A DNA stretch of 63,577 bases, filler included, from Licmophora abbreviata (Eukaryota): the NCBI GenBank assembly GCA_900291995.1. It is 8 parts of 8 records of this genome, joined end to end, with 100 filler letters (N's around TTAATTAATTAA, not from the genome) between each part and the next. Parts side by side here need not be neighbours in the genome. Positions count along the whole stretch, not along the records: positions 1 to 20,500 come from OLMU01003711.1; 7 more parts are not named here. The stretch is one strand, 5' to 3'. The notes beneath the pieces were generated by a model, which made no database searches, had not been told where the DNA came from, and saw nothing but the letters and a program-made list of their open reading frames with translations. The stretch's first letter is position 1, and each line of letters begins with the position of its first letter. Shown here piece by piece: positions 1 through 11,717 of the stretch. Both the position numbers and the translations under genes were made by a program.

Positions 1-40
<40 letters not shown>
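1..40. repeat. (AAC)n microsatellite, truncated by the window edge
   Basis: About 13 perfect AAC units at 1-40. Confidence 0.97.
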
Positions 41-515
41 GTAGGTCTCGACCTGCTCAAGGGGGGTCACTAGTCAAAACTAGAGATGACTCCCCCCTTG
101 AACATTTCCGTAACGTCACCGTAAAGGCTATTGGGGAGATTGACGCAGTCGCGCTCCCTTGTAGGTCCATGTCCCACAGCCCGCATACCTGAGTCCCGGC
201 TTAGTAGCTAGTAACATTCAGATATGGCTGGTCAGCAGCGAGCTTGTCGTGTACTGAACATACTCGTAAACTTGAACGCATCTTTCCTACATGTACAGGA
301 AAGTAAGATCCTCTGTTTGTACCGGTACCAACTACCGAAACAAAGCACAGCGCTTTATGTTATCGGGAATGTTGCTGCAGGCAGTCAGTTACAGTGTCGC
401 TCTATCATAGCTTTATAAGCTCACAACGAACACAAGGGCAAGGATTACAGATTTTGTTGAACGAAGTAATTCAATACTGTTTTAAAAGGTAGGCCAGATG
501 TAATATTGTACCCTC

Positions 516-3500
516 TTACTTCTTCTTTTCGATATAGCATTCAATCACATCATCAGGTTGGAAATCCTCAAAGTCAGCTAGGCCAATTCCACATTCATTT
601 CCTTCCTCGATCGCATCGACTTCAGCCTGTACGCGAGAAAGAAGAGATGATGTAAGTAAGAAACGGCATTTTTGCAAGTCGATCGGCTTCTGCGAAAACA
701 TCAAAAGACTTTCTCACCTTGAAATTTCGAAGTGTCCTGATTTTCGATTCTATCAAGATCTTGTCGCCTCTCATGACTCGCACATTGCCTCCTTTACGCA
801 ACGATCCATCGGAGCACCGACTTCCTGCAATGTTACCGGTACCACCAATACTGAAGACTTCCTGAACGACTGCTTTGCCGATATAGTCCCCGTCGGGTGT
901 CGGAGACAAGACTTCCTGCATGCGAGACTCCACCGACTCGATGGCATCGTACCTATGGCACATGCACGGAAAGAGCAAGAGGAAATCAGAGATTTACACA
1001 ACAAATGCTGCGCAACCTTTTGGGAAACTTACACAATATTGTAGTATTCGATTGGGATACGGTTGGCACGTGCGTCCTCCATTGCGTCGTAGCTCGCCGC
1101 GACATTGAAGGCAAGAATAGTGGTTTCTGGTGTAACACCGGCAATCGCAACATCACTCTTGGTCACTTCCCCGGCCTCACTGACAAGCACTTTCACAGTA
1201 ACAGTCGCTTCGTCGTCCTCGAGTTTGAGGTCAGAGAGCGCCCGGGTGAGAGCTTCGGCGGAACCTTGGACATCAGCCTTGACCACCACGCACATTTCAC
1301 GGCGTTCTCTATTCATCCCTCCGCTGAATGCTGCGCTAACTGAGCTCATCAGACCAGACTGGTAAGATTGAGATTCTCTCTCACGCGTGATCCTGTGAAA
1401 CAAGCGAAAGGACAAAAGTCAGAGCACGGCACAAGCGGGCGATGTCTTCCCTGCACGAGTTGCACTCACCGCCGTCGACTCTCTGCCAAGTCTCGTGCAT
1501 CTTGCTCGCTGTCGGCTACGACAAGAAGGTCTCCCGCACTCGGAATGCCTTCGAAGCCAACCACACTAATGGGCATGCTCGGACCAGCTTCATCATGACG
1601 AGTTTTGCCGTCTGGACCAATCAGAGCCCGTACTCTGCCATAGGTCTCGCCCGCCACAAAGATGTCCCCGACTCGCAGCGTGCCTTTCTGAGTCAACGTC
1701 GTTGCCACAGTTCCGAGTCCTTTCTCTACACGAGCTTCAATGATTGCCCCATGAGACTCGCGGTCCGGATTGGCGCGCAAGTTAAGTAGATCCGCTTGCA
1801 ACATCACTTTGTCGAGCAAATCGTCGAGATTTGTTCCTTCCTTTGCGCTAATTTCCGAGCACAGCACATCTCCACCTAGATCTTCCGTGAGAACATCGTA
1901 GGACGTCAGATCAGACTTGACCCTCTCTGGGTTAGCAGTCTCCAAGTCCATCTTATTGATCGCAACAACCATTGGGACTCCGGCCTGCCGAGCGCAGATA
2001 ATCGAATCAGCAGTTTGCTCCTTGACCCCATCGTCCGCCGCAACCACAAGAATAACAATATCAGTGATATTGGCCCCACGCTGCCTCATATCTGTGAATG
2101 CAGCGTGTCCGGGGGTATCAATGAACGTGATCTTGTTCCCCTTGTGATCCACCTGGTACGCTGCAATGTGCTGAGTGATTCCTCCTGCTTCTCCTGCAGT
2201 AACTCTCGTGTTCCGTAGATAGTCGAGAAGCGAGGTTTTTCCGTGGTCTACGTGACCCATGATCGTAACAGCGGGCGGCCGAGGAAGGAGATCCTCTTCC
2301 TCGTCATCGTCCATGGCGTAACCAACTTCTAGAGCGCTCTCTTCGGCATCATAGTCCTCATAGTCCTCATCATCCCTGAAAGCATAAATAGGAAAAAGAA
2401 CGAGTCAGCAGAAGGTCAAAAGACGAGCACAATAACAATACCCTCCTTGTTCAGCGTTGACGACTTACTCATCCTCTTCAAAAGCACCCACAACCTTTCC
2501 AAAGCCTTCTGCCACTGCAATGCACGTATTTGGATCCAAGCTCTGCGTCATGGATGCCATGACACCCAAGTCTGTCATCAAAAACTTGATGACAGCTACC
2601 GGTTTCTCGTCAATGATTTCCGCCAATTGCGCAACCGAGAGCGGTCCACTGTGGTGACATGGAAAGACGAATAGACGCTATGTGAGTCAGTCTCGTGGTC
2701 GACACATACATAAAATCACTGATAGTAGTACGACACGCATAGACACATAAACACGTACTCTGGAAGCTCAATCGTCCTGCGCTCCAGTGCAATTTCCGCT
2801 CTCCTCTCCTTGTCTGCCGATCTATCTCTCTTCTTCAAAGAACCTCGACGCATATTGCCCTGAGCAGCTCGACCCTTTCTACCCGTCCCAAGTCGGAGCG
2901 ATGGCCTACGAGCTCTGTTGTCGCTGTCGCCGGGACGTCGATTCTTGTCCTTTACACCCGGCTGTCGCTTGGTGCGTCGGTCCGTGCGTGCTCCAGCTGC
3001 TTCTATAAATTCGAAACGAGTTTGCCACAAAGAGTAAGCGCAAGCGTTTCGTACGTCACACATCAATATCTCGCAAGAGTTCACTACTCACGAGTCGTTT
3101 CTCCACCCCCGCCTGCCGAAGCCACTGGTCCTGTCCGAGGTCTGTTGCTAGCGGCTCCCGCAGGACTCGGACGACGTCCGTTGTTGTTGCTGTTGTTGTT
3201 ATTCCTGTTGTTGTTATCTCGCGGAGGTCGGGGAGGTGGCTGGTATACGACTCTCCTTAACTTCATAGGATTGACCAGTTTCATGGCGGCACCGGGGGGT
3301 CCACCTCCTCGATTGGGTCGACCACCACGCGGCGGTCCATTGGTCCGGTTGCCGTTGAAGTTTCGATTGTTGTTGTGTCGATTGTTGTTGTTGTTGTTGT
3401 TGCGGGGAGGGCGCCTCGAATCCGGTGCCTCGTTCGTTGATATTACAGAACTGCTGTCGTTCTCCACCGCCCAAAGTGAGGTGGAGAATGTACTATGAAA

Positions 3501-3737
3501 GGACAAGAGCAGTGTAAGAAGGCAAGTGATTACAAAATCGACTCACTACGCATCCTGATAAGAAAGAAGTACATACCTCGATCCAGATGGGCTGGAGGAT
3601 GCAATCACAGCCGCACGACGACGAGCCCAACCGACCGCAGTCTGTGGGTGTTGGTGTTTTGGGAGTAGAGACCGAAAAGCACCAGCGACACTGCTGCTGG
3701 TCAGAAGCAGCAACACTACCTGCCGTAGAGATTTCAT
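516..3737 (-). CDS. infB: Plastid translation initiation factor IF-2 (about 8 exons)
   Basis: GTPase motifs IMGHVDHGKTSLLD, EAGGITQH, FIDTPGH and AINKMD; KADVQGS domain; C-terminal ECGIGL...GDVIEC-like end. Exon 1 is a bipartite presequence (MKSLRQVVLLLLTSSSVAGA-F) from ATG 3737, followed by an Asn/Pro/Arg-rich region. GT donors near 3575, 3089, 2757, 2441, 1468, 1032 and 717. Confidence 0.95.
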
Positions 3738-4302
3738 TCCTTTGGGTTTTCTTTTTCTCGCAGCAGAGAAAACACACAAGAGGAACGGCCTTTTTCTTTC
3801 GTCTTGGCCAAACGCTGTGTGAGTGATGATGGCGTGTGTTTGTGTATCATACGAGCATCAGCACAGCCAGTGTGTTCGGTGCGTTTGTTGGTGTCGACTG
3901 ACAACGCGAGGCCGCGCGACGTACGCATCCACGCGGAGTGCGCGACGAAAGGAATGAATGGTTCTCTGTGATCTACCGTTGTTTTCAATTTGCTCGCCTA
4001 ACGCGAGTGCCACGTACGCACGACGGACATTGACCCGAGCCCTATTGATTGGAAAGAATGCAACTCTCCGCACGGACATCGAAAGCCATTTCACAGTCAC
4101 ATCAGCACATCAGGCCATGTTCCTCCTTTTAGACTATTGTATCTCGTACACAGATGGATGAACACTACTACGGTACCCCATGATACTTATAGACTACCAC
4201 CAACATGCAATAGTAGTTGCCTGCCTGCCCCCGTGCAAAGACATTTTTTCCCCGGATTCATTTCCGTCGAGCAGCTACTTTCAAATTCCCAAACACTTCT
4301 CT

Positions 4303-7300
4303 TCAGTCTTGGCCTCTCAAAAAGGCGGCAATCGTGTCGCAGGTGCGTGACAAGTACCCAAAGCCCGGTTTGGTATTCCGAATCAACTGGCGTTGAAGGC
4401 CCTGGGCATCCACGCTACTGAGACTATCTTCCGAACCACCATCGAGGCTCACATTCAACGGTACAAACGGATACGACCTGTTAAACTCAAAGGTGGCCAG
4501 CACCTCTTCGCTGGAAGATTGCCGCTGGGAGAAGCCAACCGAAAGTAAAAAGTCCGTGCCAGTTCCCTCCGGATCTGCCTGAAGAGCTGCACGGTACCTC
4601 TTTTGAAGCATGGACAGCTCGATGGCGGCTGTCTCGATGCGGCCCATGGCCCACTCGGTTTGACGGACCAATTCTCGGACCTCCACGATCGAGTCGAAAG
4701 TGGCTCGATTGGCCGCCTTGACAATGGGGGCCACATGGGCTTGGAGAAAACTGGACATTGACGGAGTCACCTTGAGACTCCTTCCTGTAAGCTGGCGGAA
4801 ATGCGATGCGTTCACTCGGGCTGAACACGTAATTGACCCGGACTTGGAAATGTCAAACATCAAGTCCACGCACGTTCTAGGGCTCGCTCCAATCACGGCA
4901 ACAGAAAGCTTGGAATCGTCGATCTCGCTCGGTACCCAGCTGTGCAGAGCAGCAAGAGTCATGAACTGACTCTGGAAAGACTCAGCTTTCGAACGAGCGA
5001 CGTCAAGTTCAGCTTTGGAAGCGGACATGTCTTTGAGATATTCGAGGCGTCCTTCTTCTTCCTTTACGGCTTCTAGCTCCTTCTTCGCGTCGGCGATCTG
5101 ATCTTCCATGTCCTTTAGGCGATGTTCGAGGGTAGAAACAGCATCCTTGTGGAAAGATGATGATGACGACAAAATTCTGAGCATGTAGTGACATATGGGA
5201 ATGTCGAGTCGACCGATTTTCGATGTGCTTACCTTCCTACGATTCACGCTTCGTCGCCGTGCTTTTCTTGCCGCTCGGCCTTCCAGGAGAGAGAGGGCGC
5301 CCTGGGCTTCATCAGCGAGGCTGATGCATCTGTCGACTCTATCTTTGTCTTCCAAAGTTTCTTCAGAGATAGCATCGAGAGCTCCAAAAAGCGACTTGGC
5401 GACTTCGACCTCCCACCTCATCCATTCAAACTCGACGCATTCCGATGCCGCCTTTGCAAGCTCTTCGAGATCCCCCGTCACCTTGGACACGTCTTCGCCT
5501 CGAAGCGCCTTCTGAAGGGCCGAAAGCGTTGTTGATTTGCTCTCGACAAGAGCACTGAAACATGTATCAGCGTCAGGACCAGCCTGAGCTTTCCCATCCA
5601 CTTCGTTGCAAACGGCATCAATGAAGCGTCCGACGGTCTCACTAATCAGCGGGTGGCTAATGACGTCCGTAAGTCGACCAACGTCGAGGACAGCATCATT
5701 CCTCGTATCGTTCATAGCCGTGTGATTGTAGAGGGACAATTTTGCCCTTTCGATCAAACCTGCGCTTGACAAATCAATGGACTCTGGCGAGTCGTTGTCC
5801 AGGCTAAAATGCAGTGGTGCAATTCCTTCACCTTGCGTCATCAGAGCGGATGAGTCAGCGGCGGACAGAATTGATGTGCGACCACTCGGAGTCAAGCTGA
5901 AGCGGTGATGAGATCGTCTTCGACTTTCTGAGGGAGTAAGAGGAAGAACCGAACTCTCTTCTTCCCACGGTCCAACATCTTCACTGGTGCTCACTGCTTC
6001 ACTGCCTTCCAGAACTGCCCCCATGTCAGTTTCCAGTTCCGTCGTGGGGTTCTCGTCGCTGTCATGAAGACCGAAGCGTCCAGGATTTTCACCAAAGGAC
6101 ATTCGGTTCGTAGATGGTGCAAGATTGCTCTGCACTTTGGGGAACTTGTCTGATAGCCGCGAAGGAGCTGGGGCTTCGCGAAACGATGATGTGTCTTCGA
6201 CTCCTGAAGTGGCGAGCAAAGTAGTCAGGCTCGCTTCGAGCTCCACCGTGTCATCCTCGCCATCTTTTTGCGCTTGATTCATGGCGTCAGTCTCCGCACT
6301 GGTCGCGTCGACGTTCTTGAAGCTGAATGTAGATTCGTTGTCACTGTCGATTCCCAAAGTCTCCATGGCTTTTACTGATGGGGGGGCATGCGACTCCTGC
6401 ATCTCTTCATCGGAAGAATCGTCAATTCCGGTGCCACTCATCGAGAGACCCGGTTCGCTGTCGACTGTCGTGTCAAGCAGTCCCTGAATACTAGGCTCGA
6501 GCTCGACAGTGATGTCTTCCTTGCTGAACGAGTGGGCGGACTTCGGCACTACGTCCGCCAGAAGGTCAGCCACAGCCACCTGGACTTCAGACGTGTCATC
6601 TCGCTCGGTCTCTTTCAACGGATTTCCGCTTTCTTCCTCGTTCGTTGTGCCGGACTCGGGAGCACTACCGCTCTCGTTGGTCTGATCGACATTCTGGATC
6701 AGTGCATTGAGATTCGCCTCGATTTCGGCGGTTGTATCCTCCATGTCCATGGAGATATCTGCACCGGAAGAGTCCATGGAATCGCCATTCTCTGACGAAG
6801 AAGAGTTGGTGTTTGGAATGGAATACATGGCTTTGACGTCACCTTTCGGCATAGGGGTTAGATTGACTGACGGGCTGCCAATGCGGTACTCCGCCGCTTC
6901 TGGAGATCCGAAGACAACTGCTTTCCGTGTTACCGATCTGTCAGTCCTAGAAGAGTTCAAGATACTCTTTGGTGCTGTGCTAGCCCAAATCGAGGGCGAC
7001 GGAGATTTGAGCGAAGATCCGGACTCTCTCGCTTGCACTGTTTCCGATATACCCAGTAGAAGGTTCAAATCTTCTGTGTTGGCGGTGCTAGTGCTGCCAA
7101 CCGAGCTTCTGCGTCGCTTGTCTACAGGCCCCATGGTAATATCAGACACCCGCCCGCCCATATCGCGAGCAGAGAATGCCAATGTTCCTGCAATCTCTTC
7201 CATAGGTCCGTCGATACGCTGTCTCTTCCCATCGACCTGATGCAGATGGGGCGTAAGTTCAACAGGACTGCTGCTGACCCCCCTCTTTGCCGAGGCACTA

Positions 7301-8580
7301 CGAGTGTTGCGCGCAGGAGAATCGATTGACTCTGGGTTCAACACGCGCTGCGGTTTGGGAGATAGCTTCGTTGGCGTCAGCTTCTTCTCATGCGAGCTGG
7401 GACTGGGCCGGATGTTGGTGGTGGCGGGAGAAGTCGGCGGTGAAAAAGAAGGCTGCGAGACTTCCTCAGTTGGGTTCTGCTCCTCGGCAGAGACGGAGGC
7501 AGCTGCTCCGCTTCGAGAAGTCTTGGTGGAGTGCGGCGTCCCAGGTCGATCGGCGATGCTTGCAATTGTCGAATAAGGAGATTCAGTCTGAGCTTCGTTT
7601 GACGAGCCAGATAATCCAGCAGGCGAAGGTGTGGCAGAGTCGCCACCTTCCAAACTATCCAGCAGCTCTCGCAGGGACATATTCGTAGTATCCACGAGAC
7701 CGTCTCCATCCTCCCCAGCTTTTCCCGGGGACTTGGAGCTAGCCGGTGGTGGCGTCAGAGGTGGCACAGCGAGCAGACTGCCACCGATCGAGTTTCGACG
7801 AGCCTGTCCAACTGGCGTCGAGGGGGTAGAGAGCAGGACGCCAACCGGCAGCGACTTTCTCCTACTTGCCGCTCCGCCTTCTCTGGTCTTCCGCAGACTC
7901 GAAGTCATCGCCTCGATCGCAGATAGAGACGTTCGTGGATTGGTCTGCCGCACTGAGCCCACAACACGCTCTTGCTGGACAATAGACACAGGATTGCTGT
8001 TGTTTGCTGGTTTCAGAGGCTCGCGCTTTTCGACAGCGACATTGACAAGTCCCTTTGACGGGCTGGAACTGCCCATTTTCCTGTTTTCTGCATTCGATGT
8101 CGAAACTTGTCCTCCCTCATTGCCCGTCCTTGCAAGCTCAAACATTCTCTGCCTCGAACTAGCTGCCAAGATAAAGTTCGAGGCCGTCAGCTCCGTCGTG
8201 TCGCTCAAGACGCTCTTGTTCAGCAAGTCGCTACCGTCGCTAGAGCTGGAGCCCATGCTGAGCATGCTCGTTTCTGCCAGATTGGTCGTCTCGTCATCCA
8301 GCTTGCTTCTGTCCATCTGTGAACTCTTTGCGATAGAATGAGGAGTATTCGGAACGTCGGAGAAGTAGTACGCCGAAGCCGCGGCACTGCCAAGACGCAA
8401 ACGATGCTTGGATGGCGTTGTCGTCATTGGCGTCGCAGTCGCTTTGTTCGTCATTGGAGCTCCTCCAATAGTTCTTCTACGCTGCTGTTCCTTCGAGGCA
8501 CCCCTTCGTTCGATACCCTGGTCGCTCACGCGCCGTTCATCCCGCTGTCGGGGAGCCGACAACGCAGAGGGGGTCGTCAT
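4303..8580 (-). CDS. KNL1/Spc105 (Spc7)-like outer kinetochore scaffold
   Basis: Long disordered Ser/Thr-rich region. SILK/RVxF-like pair (PKSILNS...RKAVVFG) followed by acidic T-x-E-L/I-E repeats, then a coiled coil and a C-terminal globular region compatible with tandem RWD (FEFNRSYPF). Probable stopless 87-nt intron at 5146-5232. Confidence 0.6.
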   Translation of the reverse strand: MTTPSALSAPRQRDERRVSDQGIERRGASKEQQRRRTIGGAPMTNKATATPMTTTPSKHRLRLGSAAASAYYFSDVPNTPHSIAKSSQMDRSKLDDETTNLAETSMLSMGSSSSDGSDLLNKSVLSDTTELTASNFILAASSRQRMFELARTGNEGGQVSTSNAENRKMGSSSPSKGLVNVAVEKREPLKPANNSNPVSIVQQERVVGSVRQTNPRTSLSAIEAMTSSLRKTREGGAASRRKSLPVGVLLSTPSTPVGQARRNSIGGSLLAVPPLTPPPASSKSPGKAGEDGDGLVDTTNMSLRELLDSLEGGDSATPSPAGLSGSSNEAQTESPYSTIASIADRPGTPHSTKTSRSGAAASVSAEEQNPTEEVSQPSFSPPTSPATTNIRPSPSSHEKKLTPTKLSPKPQRVLNPESIDSPARNTRSASAKRGVSSSPVELTPHLHQVDGKRQRIDGPMEEIAGTLAFSARDMGGRVSDITMGPVDKRRRSSVGSTSTANTEDLNLLLGISETVQARESGSSLKSPSPSIWASTAPKSILNSSRTDRSVTRKAVVFGSPEAAEYRIGSPSVNLTPMPKGDVKAMYSIPNTNSSSSENGDSMDSSGADISMDMEDTTAEIEANLNALIQNVDQTNESGSAPESGTTNEEESGNPLKETERDDTSEVQVAVADLLADVVPKSAHSFSKEDITVELEPSIQGLLDTTVDSEPGLSMSGTGIDDSSDEEMQESHAPPSVKAMETLGIDSDNESTFSFKNVDATSAETDAMNQAQKDGEDDTVELEASLTTLLATSGVEDTSSFREAPAPSRLSDKFPKVQSNLAPSTNRMSFGENPGRFGLHDSDENPTTELETDMGAVLEGSEAVSTSEDVGPWEEESSVLPLTPSESRRRSHHRFSLTPSGRTSILSAADSSALMTQGEGIAPLHFSLDNDSPESIDLSSAGLIERAKLSLYNHTAMNDTRNDAVLDVGRLTDVISHPLISETVGRFIDAVCNEVDGKAQAGPDADTCFSALVESKSTTLSALQKALRGEDVSKVTGDLEELAKAASECVEFEWMRWEVEVAKSLFGALDAISEETLEDKDRVDRCISLADEAQGALSLLEGRAARKARRRSVNRRKVSTSKIGRLDIPICHYMLRILSSSSSFHKDAVSTLEHRLKDMEDQIADAKKELEAVKEEEGRLEYLKDMSASKAELDVARSKAESFQSQFMTLAALHSWVPSEIDDSKLSVAVIGASPRTCVDLMFDISKSGSITCSARVNASHFRQLTGRSLKVTPSMSSFLQAHVAPIVKAANRATFDSIVEVRELVRQTEWAMGRIETAAIELSMLQKRYRAALQADPEGTGTDFLLSVGFSQRQSSSEEVLATFEFNRSYPFVPLNVSLDGGSEDSLSSVDAQGLQRQLIRNTKPGFGYLSRTCDTIAAFLRGQD

Positions 8581-8850
8581 GCTCAGAAGCGCTGTGATGA
8601 TATGTTCAATGTGATTCTTCTCGTGGTTTCTCGGCTTGAGAGCTTTGAAGGAGTCGAAGGATTCAACGGAAAAAACGGCTATTTCGCAATAGAGTATACA
8701 ACTATCATCAATGTTGGATGTTAATTTATTTCCTTTCTCGAGCTCCAGGCGAAGGAAGCTCGAGGCGCTGTTGTCGTACGACGTACAGGCCGTATGGAGT
8801 CCGGCCGTAATCCTTCCAATGATGGACCCAGCTAGACGAACCAGAAGATT

Positions 8851-10680
8851 CTAGACAAATATGATAGTTTCATATCCCCCGGGTTGTCTTTGAGACAGCT
8901 GCTGTGCCTTATCCGCCCGCACAAAGTAGTGTTCAAAGAACTCCACCATCAGAATCGAGCATAGCACTACCAGCAACGCCACCGCCGACCAGCCGAAAAA
9001 CCACCCCGCCCCCTGCGGATTGCCTTCCTGAACCGCGTCGCCGACGACTTTCCATACCATTGATCCAAGTCCATTTGCAACGCCGTCAGTATACGCAGCG
9101 TAGAGGCCCTTGCTGTGACCAAAGGTGGCTCCCACAAGACCAGGAATCTGAAAGCTCTGAACTGCAATCCCAAATCCCATTGCCACAGACGTAACTACTT
9201 GAAAGACAAGAATCAGTTCCGGTATTGCGAGAAGCTGTCGAACTTTGGGAATTGCCAAAACCGCCAGCATGTAGCATCCACCAATGGTGCACATGTACAG
9301 TCGTACTATCATTTGCTTGCGCGCATGCGCATCTCGTCTCGTAAACATCCTTCCCGCAATCGCAATTCCAAGCAAGCTTCCAAACGAAAGAGACACGGCC
9401 AGTCCACTTGCGCGACTCTCCGTGAGCGAGTGAAGCGATGTGTCACGAAAATAGGTCCCGAGGAGACGTTCGGAGGACCGTACCATACAGGCGGCTGTGT
9501 GTGCGATTGCCACGACCCAGAATCGTCCGCTGCGGAACAGTGTCCGTATCGATGGGATCAAATTCGTCTTGATGACAGAGGTAACAAGGCCACAGATTGC
9601 CATGACCGTTCGTAGAAGCGACGTGGATGCTCTCATTCGAACTCCAAACTCCTTGAGAGTACTATGACTGACTGGGTTCTGCGGATCGTGTATGTTGAGA
9701 GGTGAGTCGTAGACAAGAAGATAAATCACGGCAGCTCCTATAGTGGACAGCATGGCTGCCATGTGCGCTACTGCTCTCCAGTGCAGCCGCGTCAAGAGCA
9801 TGGAGGCGATTGGAATCGCTACAAGCGACCCAAATCGTGATGACAGCGACGTTGTAAACAAGCCTTGCTCGTAGGTGCCCTTGGCCTGCGATCGCGAGTG
9901 CGCCGAGAGAAAGACAACAATCGACGGCCATTGTCCCGATTGAAAGAATTCTGTCAAGAAGCATGCCCAGAGTGCCGTCCTGTCTCCTTGGCAAAGTGAC
10001 AAGAGCAGCAAGGATGCTGACAGCAGTAAACTGAGGGTTGTCGATACGCGCCGCGCTCCTAGGACATCGCAGGCAAAGCCAGTCAATAACTTCCCCAGGG
10101 CACCCCCCGTGAGAGACACGGCAGTTGCGTGGGCGGCAAACGAAGCGTCACTCATCTCCAAAGCAACCGAGGGAATCAGTGCAATCGGTGTCGCTGCTGC
10201 TGCAGTGGTGAGTGCGTACGCGACCGACAAGACGAAATTCAATCGATTCCAGGTGGGCAGGTTCTCCTCATTGGACGCGATCATCCAGTCATCTGGATGA
10301 GGCTCTTCGAACATGAAGCCAAGAAAGTAGCCCGTGAAACCGTCTGGTTTCTCGCTTTCGTTACTTCCTTTCCAGCTCAGATTGGTCTGTCCAAAGAGTA
10401 GAGAAGTCTTGACTTCGTGGTCGTCCTTCTCGGACGCGACAGATGCCGTTTCAAAGAGAGGCGTCCGATCTGATACAGAGTGTATCTGATGTAATGAGGG
10501 GCGTCGACGATTCTGACTATTTGCCGTCTGGGTTGCCGGTGGAAGAAGCAAAGCGTCGTCCAAATTTTCATCTTCTTCTTCTTCATACTTGTCGGTGGTA
10601 CTCAAGGAAAAGAACGAGCGCTGCGACGAAAGCCACGCCGCTTCATCGTCGGATGCATGCATCGAACTCGTCGTCATCAT
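8851..10680 (-). CDS. Major facilitator superfamily transporter (OPA/SLC37/GlpT-like)
   Basis: About 12 hydrophobic helices. MFS motif-A-like GKLLTGFACDVLGARR, plus QWP and SSRFG motifs. Acidic N-terminal extension. First ATG at 10680 (the ORF track starts at 10833). Confidence 0.8.
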   Translation of the reverse strand: MMTTSSMHASDDEAAWLSSQRSFFSLSTTDKYEEEEDENLDDALLLPPATQTANSQNRRRPSLHQIHSVSDRTPLFETASVASEKDDHEVKTSLLFGQTNLSWKGSNESEKPDGFTGYFLGFMFEEPHPDDWMIASNEENLPTWNRLNFVLSVAYALTTAAAATPIALIPSVALEMSDASFAAHATAVSLTGGALGKLLTGFACDVLGARRVSTTLSLLLSASLLLLSLCQGDRTALWACFLTEFFQSGQWPSIVVFLSAHSRSQAKGTYEQGLFTTSLSSRFGSLVAIPIASMLLTRLHWRAVAHMAAMLSTIGAAVIYLLVYDSPLNIHDPQNPVSHSTLKEFGVRMRASTSLLRTVMAICGLVTSVIKTNLIPSIRTLFRSGRFWVVAIAHTAACMVRSSERLLGTYFRDTSLHSLTESRASGLAVSLSFGSLLGIAIAGRMFTRRDAHARKQMIVRLYMCTIGGCYMLAVLAIPKVRQLLAIPELILVFQVVTSVAMGFGIAVQSFQIPGLVGATFGHSKGLYAAYTDGVANGLGSMVWKVVGDAVQEGNPQGAGWFFGWSAVALLVVLCSILMVEFFEHYFVRADKAQQLSQRQPGGYETIIFV

Positions 10681-11180
10681 CGTGGATGCTGCTGTGGATG
10701 ATTCGAGATGAACAGACTGGTCTTTTAGATTCCTGTTGCATATTGCTTCTTCTCTCTCTCTCTCTAGTTCGTTTCTCGTCGTGTCCAAGGATGTTGAAGG
10801 TTCCCTCTGCGATCCGGATGTGTGATGGAACACAACTTTAGACTAGGAACTGCAATGGATTTAGTTTGAAACTTTGATCCAAACAAGATGACGTCGAAAA
10901 CACTTAGTTGTCCTGGTTTGCTACGTATTTTATACACAAGATACAACCTGGATCAAAATTGACATTGGGCAAACTTTGAAAACATCGGAGTTTCGAGGGA
11001 ACACCCACACATTCAACACGGAAGCAAGAGGATAAAACGTTCACACGGCGTGCATTGCTTGGCCTTGTCTACCCGGTACGATAATATCCTTGCCTTTCCC
11101 ATAGAATCCACCGCCTTATTCAGCCCAAGCGAACCTTGGTGCTTCGTCTTACTGACACCGCAAAAGAAGAAAGAAAGTGC

Positions 11181-11717
11181 ATGTGCCCCAGGACGAAGGC
11201 TGGTTTCCTCAAACAAGTAATGACGAATGTCTTGAGCATCGACCACCACCCCAATGGCTACACAGCCGACGACGACGAGGATACCCTGCGGTTGCTTCGG
11301 AGGGAAGAGGAGCAGCAGCAGCAAGCGGGGGTCAGCGAAATTCACGTGTCCTTTCGAGATACACAAATGCTCATTACGCAAGGGACGAAACGACGCGTTC
11401 GAAGTCTGGCCAAGTGCTGTGGCCTCTTCATTGTTGGGTCCGTCGCACTTCCCTGGCTGGTCCTGGGCGCGTGTCCTCTTTTCTATGACGAGTGCGGTCT
11501 TGATCTTATCCGCTTCAATTACATGTCCTTTCTTTCCATGGCGATCCCGGCACTTGTTCTTAGCATATTTACCTTGGCAGTCACGGTCCGAGGATGGAGA
11601 CGATTGTCGAAAGCGGAACGGACTTTGGGCGCATTGCCGCTTGCATGCCTCCTGTGTCTTGTCTACGTCCTCTTGCATCATCCCGAGAAGTGCTTCGTTC
11701 CCCTATTTCCATGCTAA
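11181..11717 (+). CDS. Small hypothetical membrane protein (about 3 TM helices)
   Basis: Open frame with an acidic/Gln N-terminus and three hydrophobic segments; likely start ATG 11181. Confidence 0.55.
   Translation: MCPRTKAGFLKQVMTNVLSIDHHPNGYTADDDEDTLRLLRREEEQQQQAGVSEIHVSFRDTQMLITQGTKRRVRSLAKCCGLFIVGSVALPWLVLGACPLFYDECGLDLIRFNYMSFLSMAIPALVLSIFTLAVTVRGWRRLSKAERTLGALPLACLLCLVYVLLHHPEKCFVPLFPC

Noticed and set aside
1..40. (AAC)n as a telomere
   Set aside because: Not a TTAGGG-type repeat; AAC tracts also occur inside the IF2 poly-Asn coding region.
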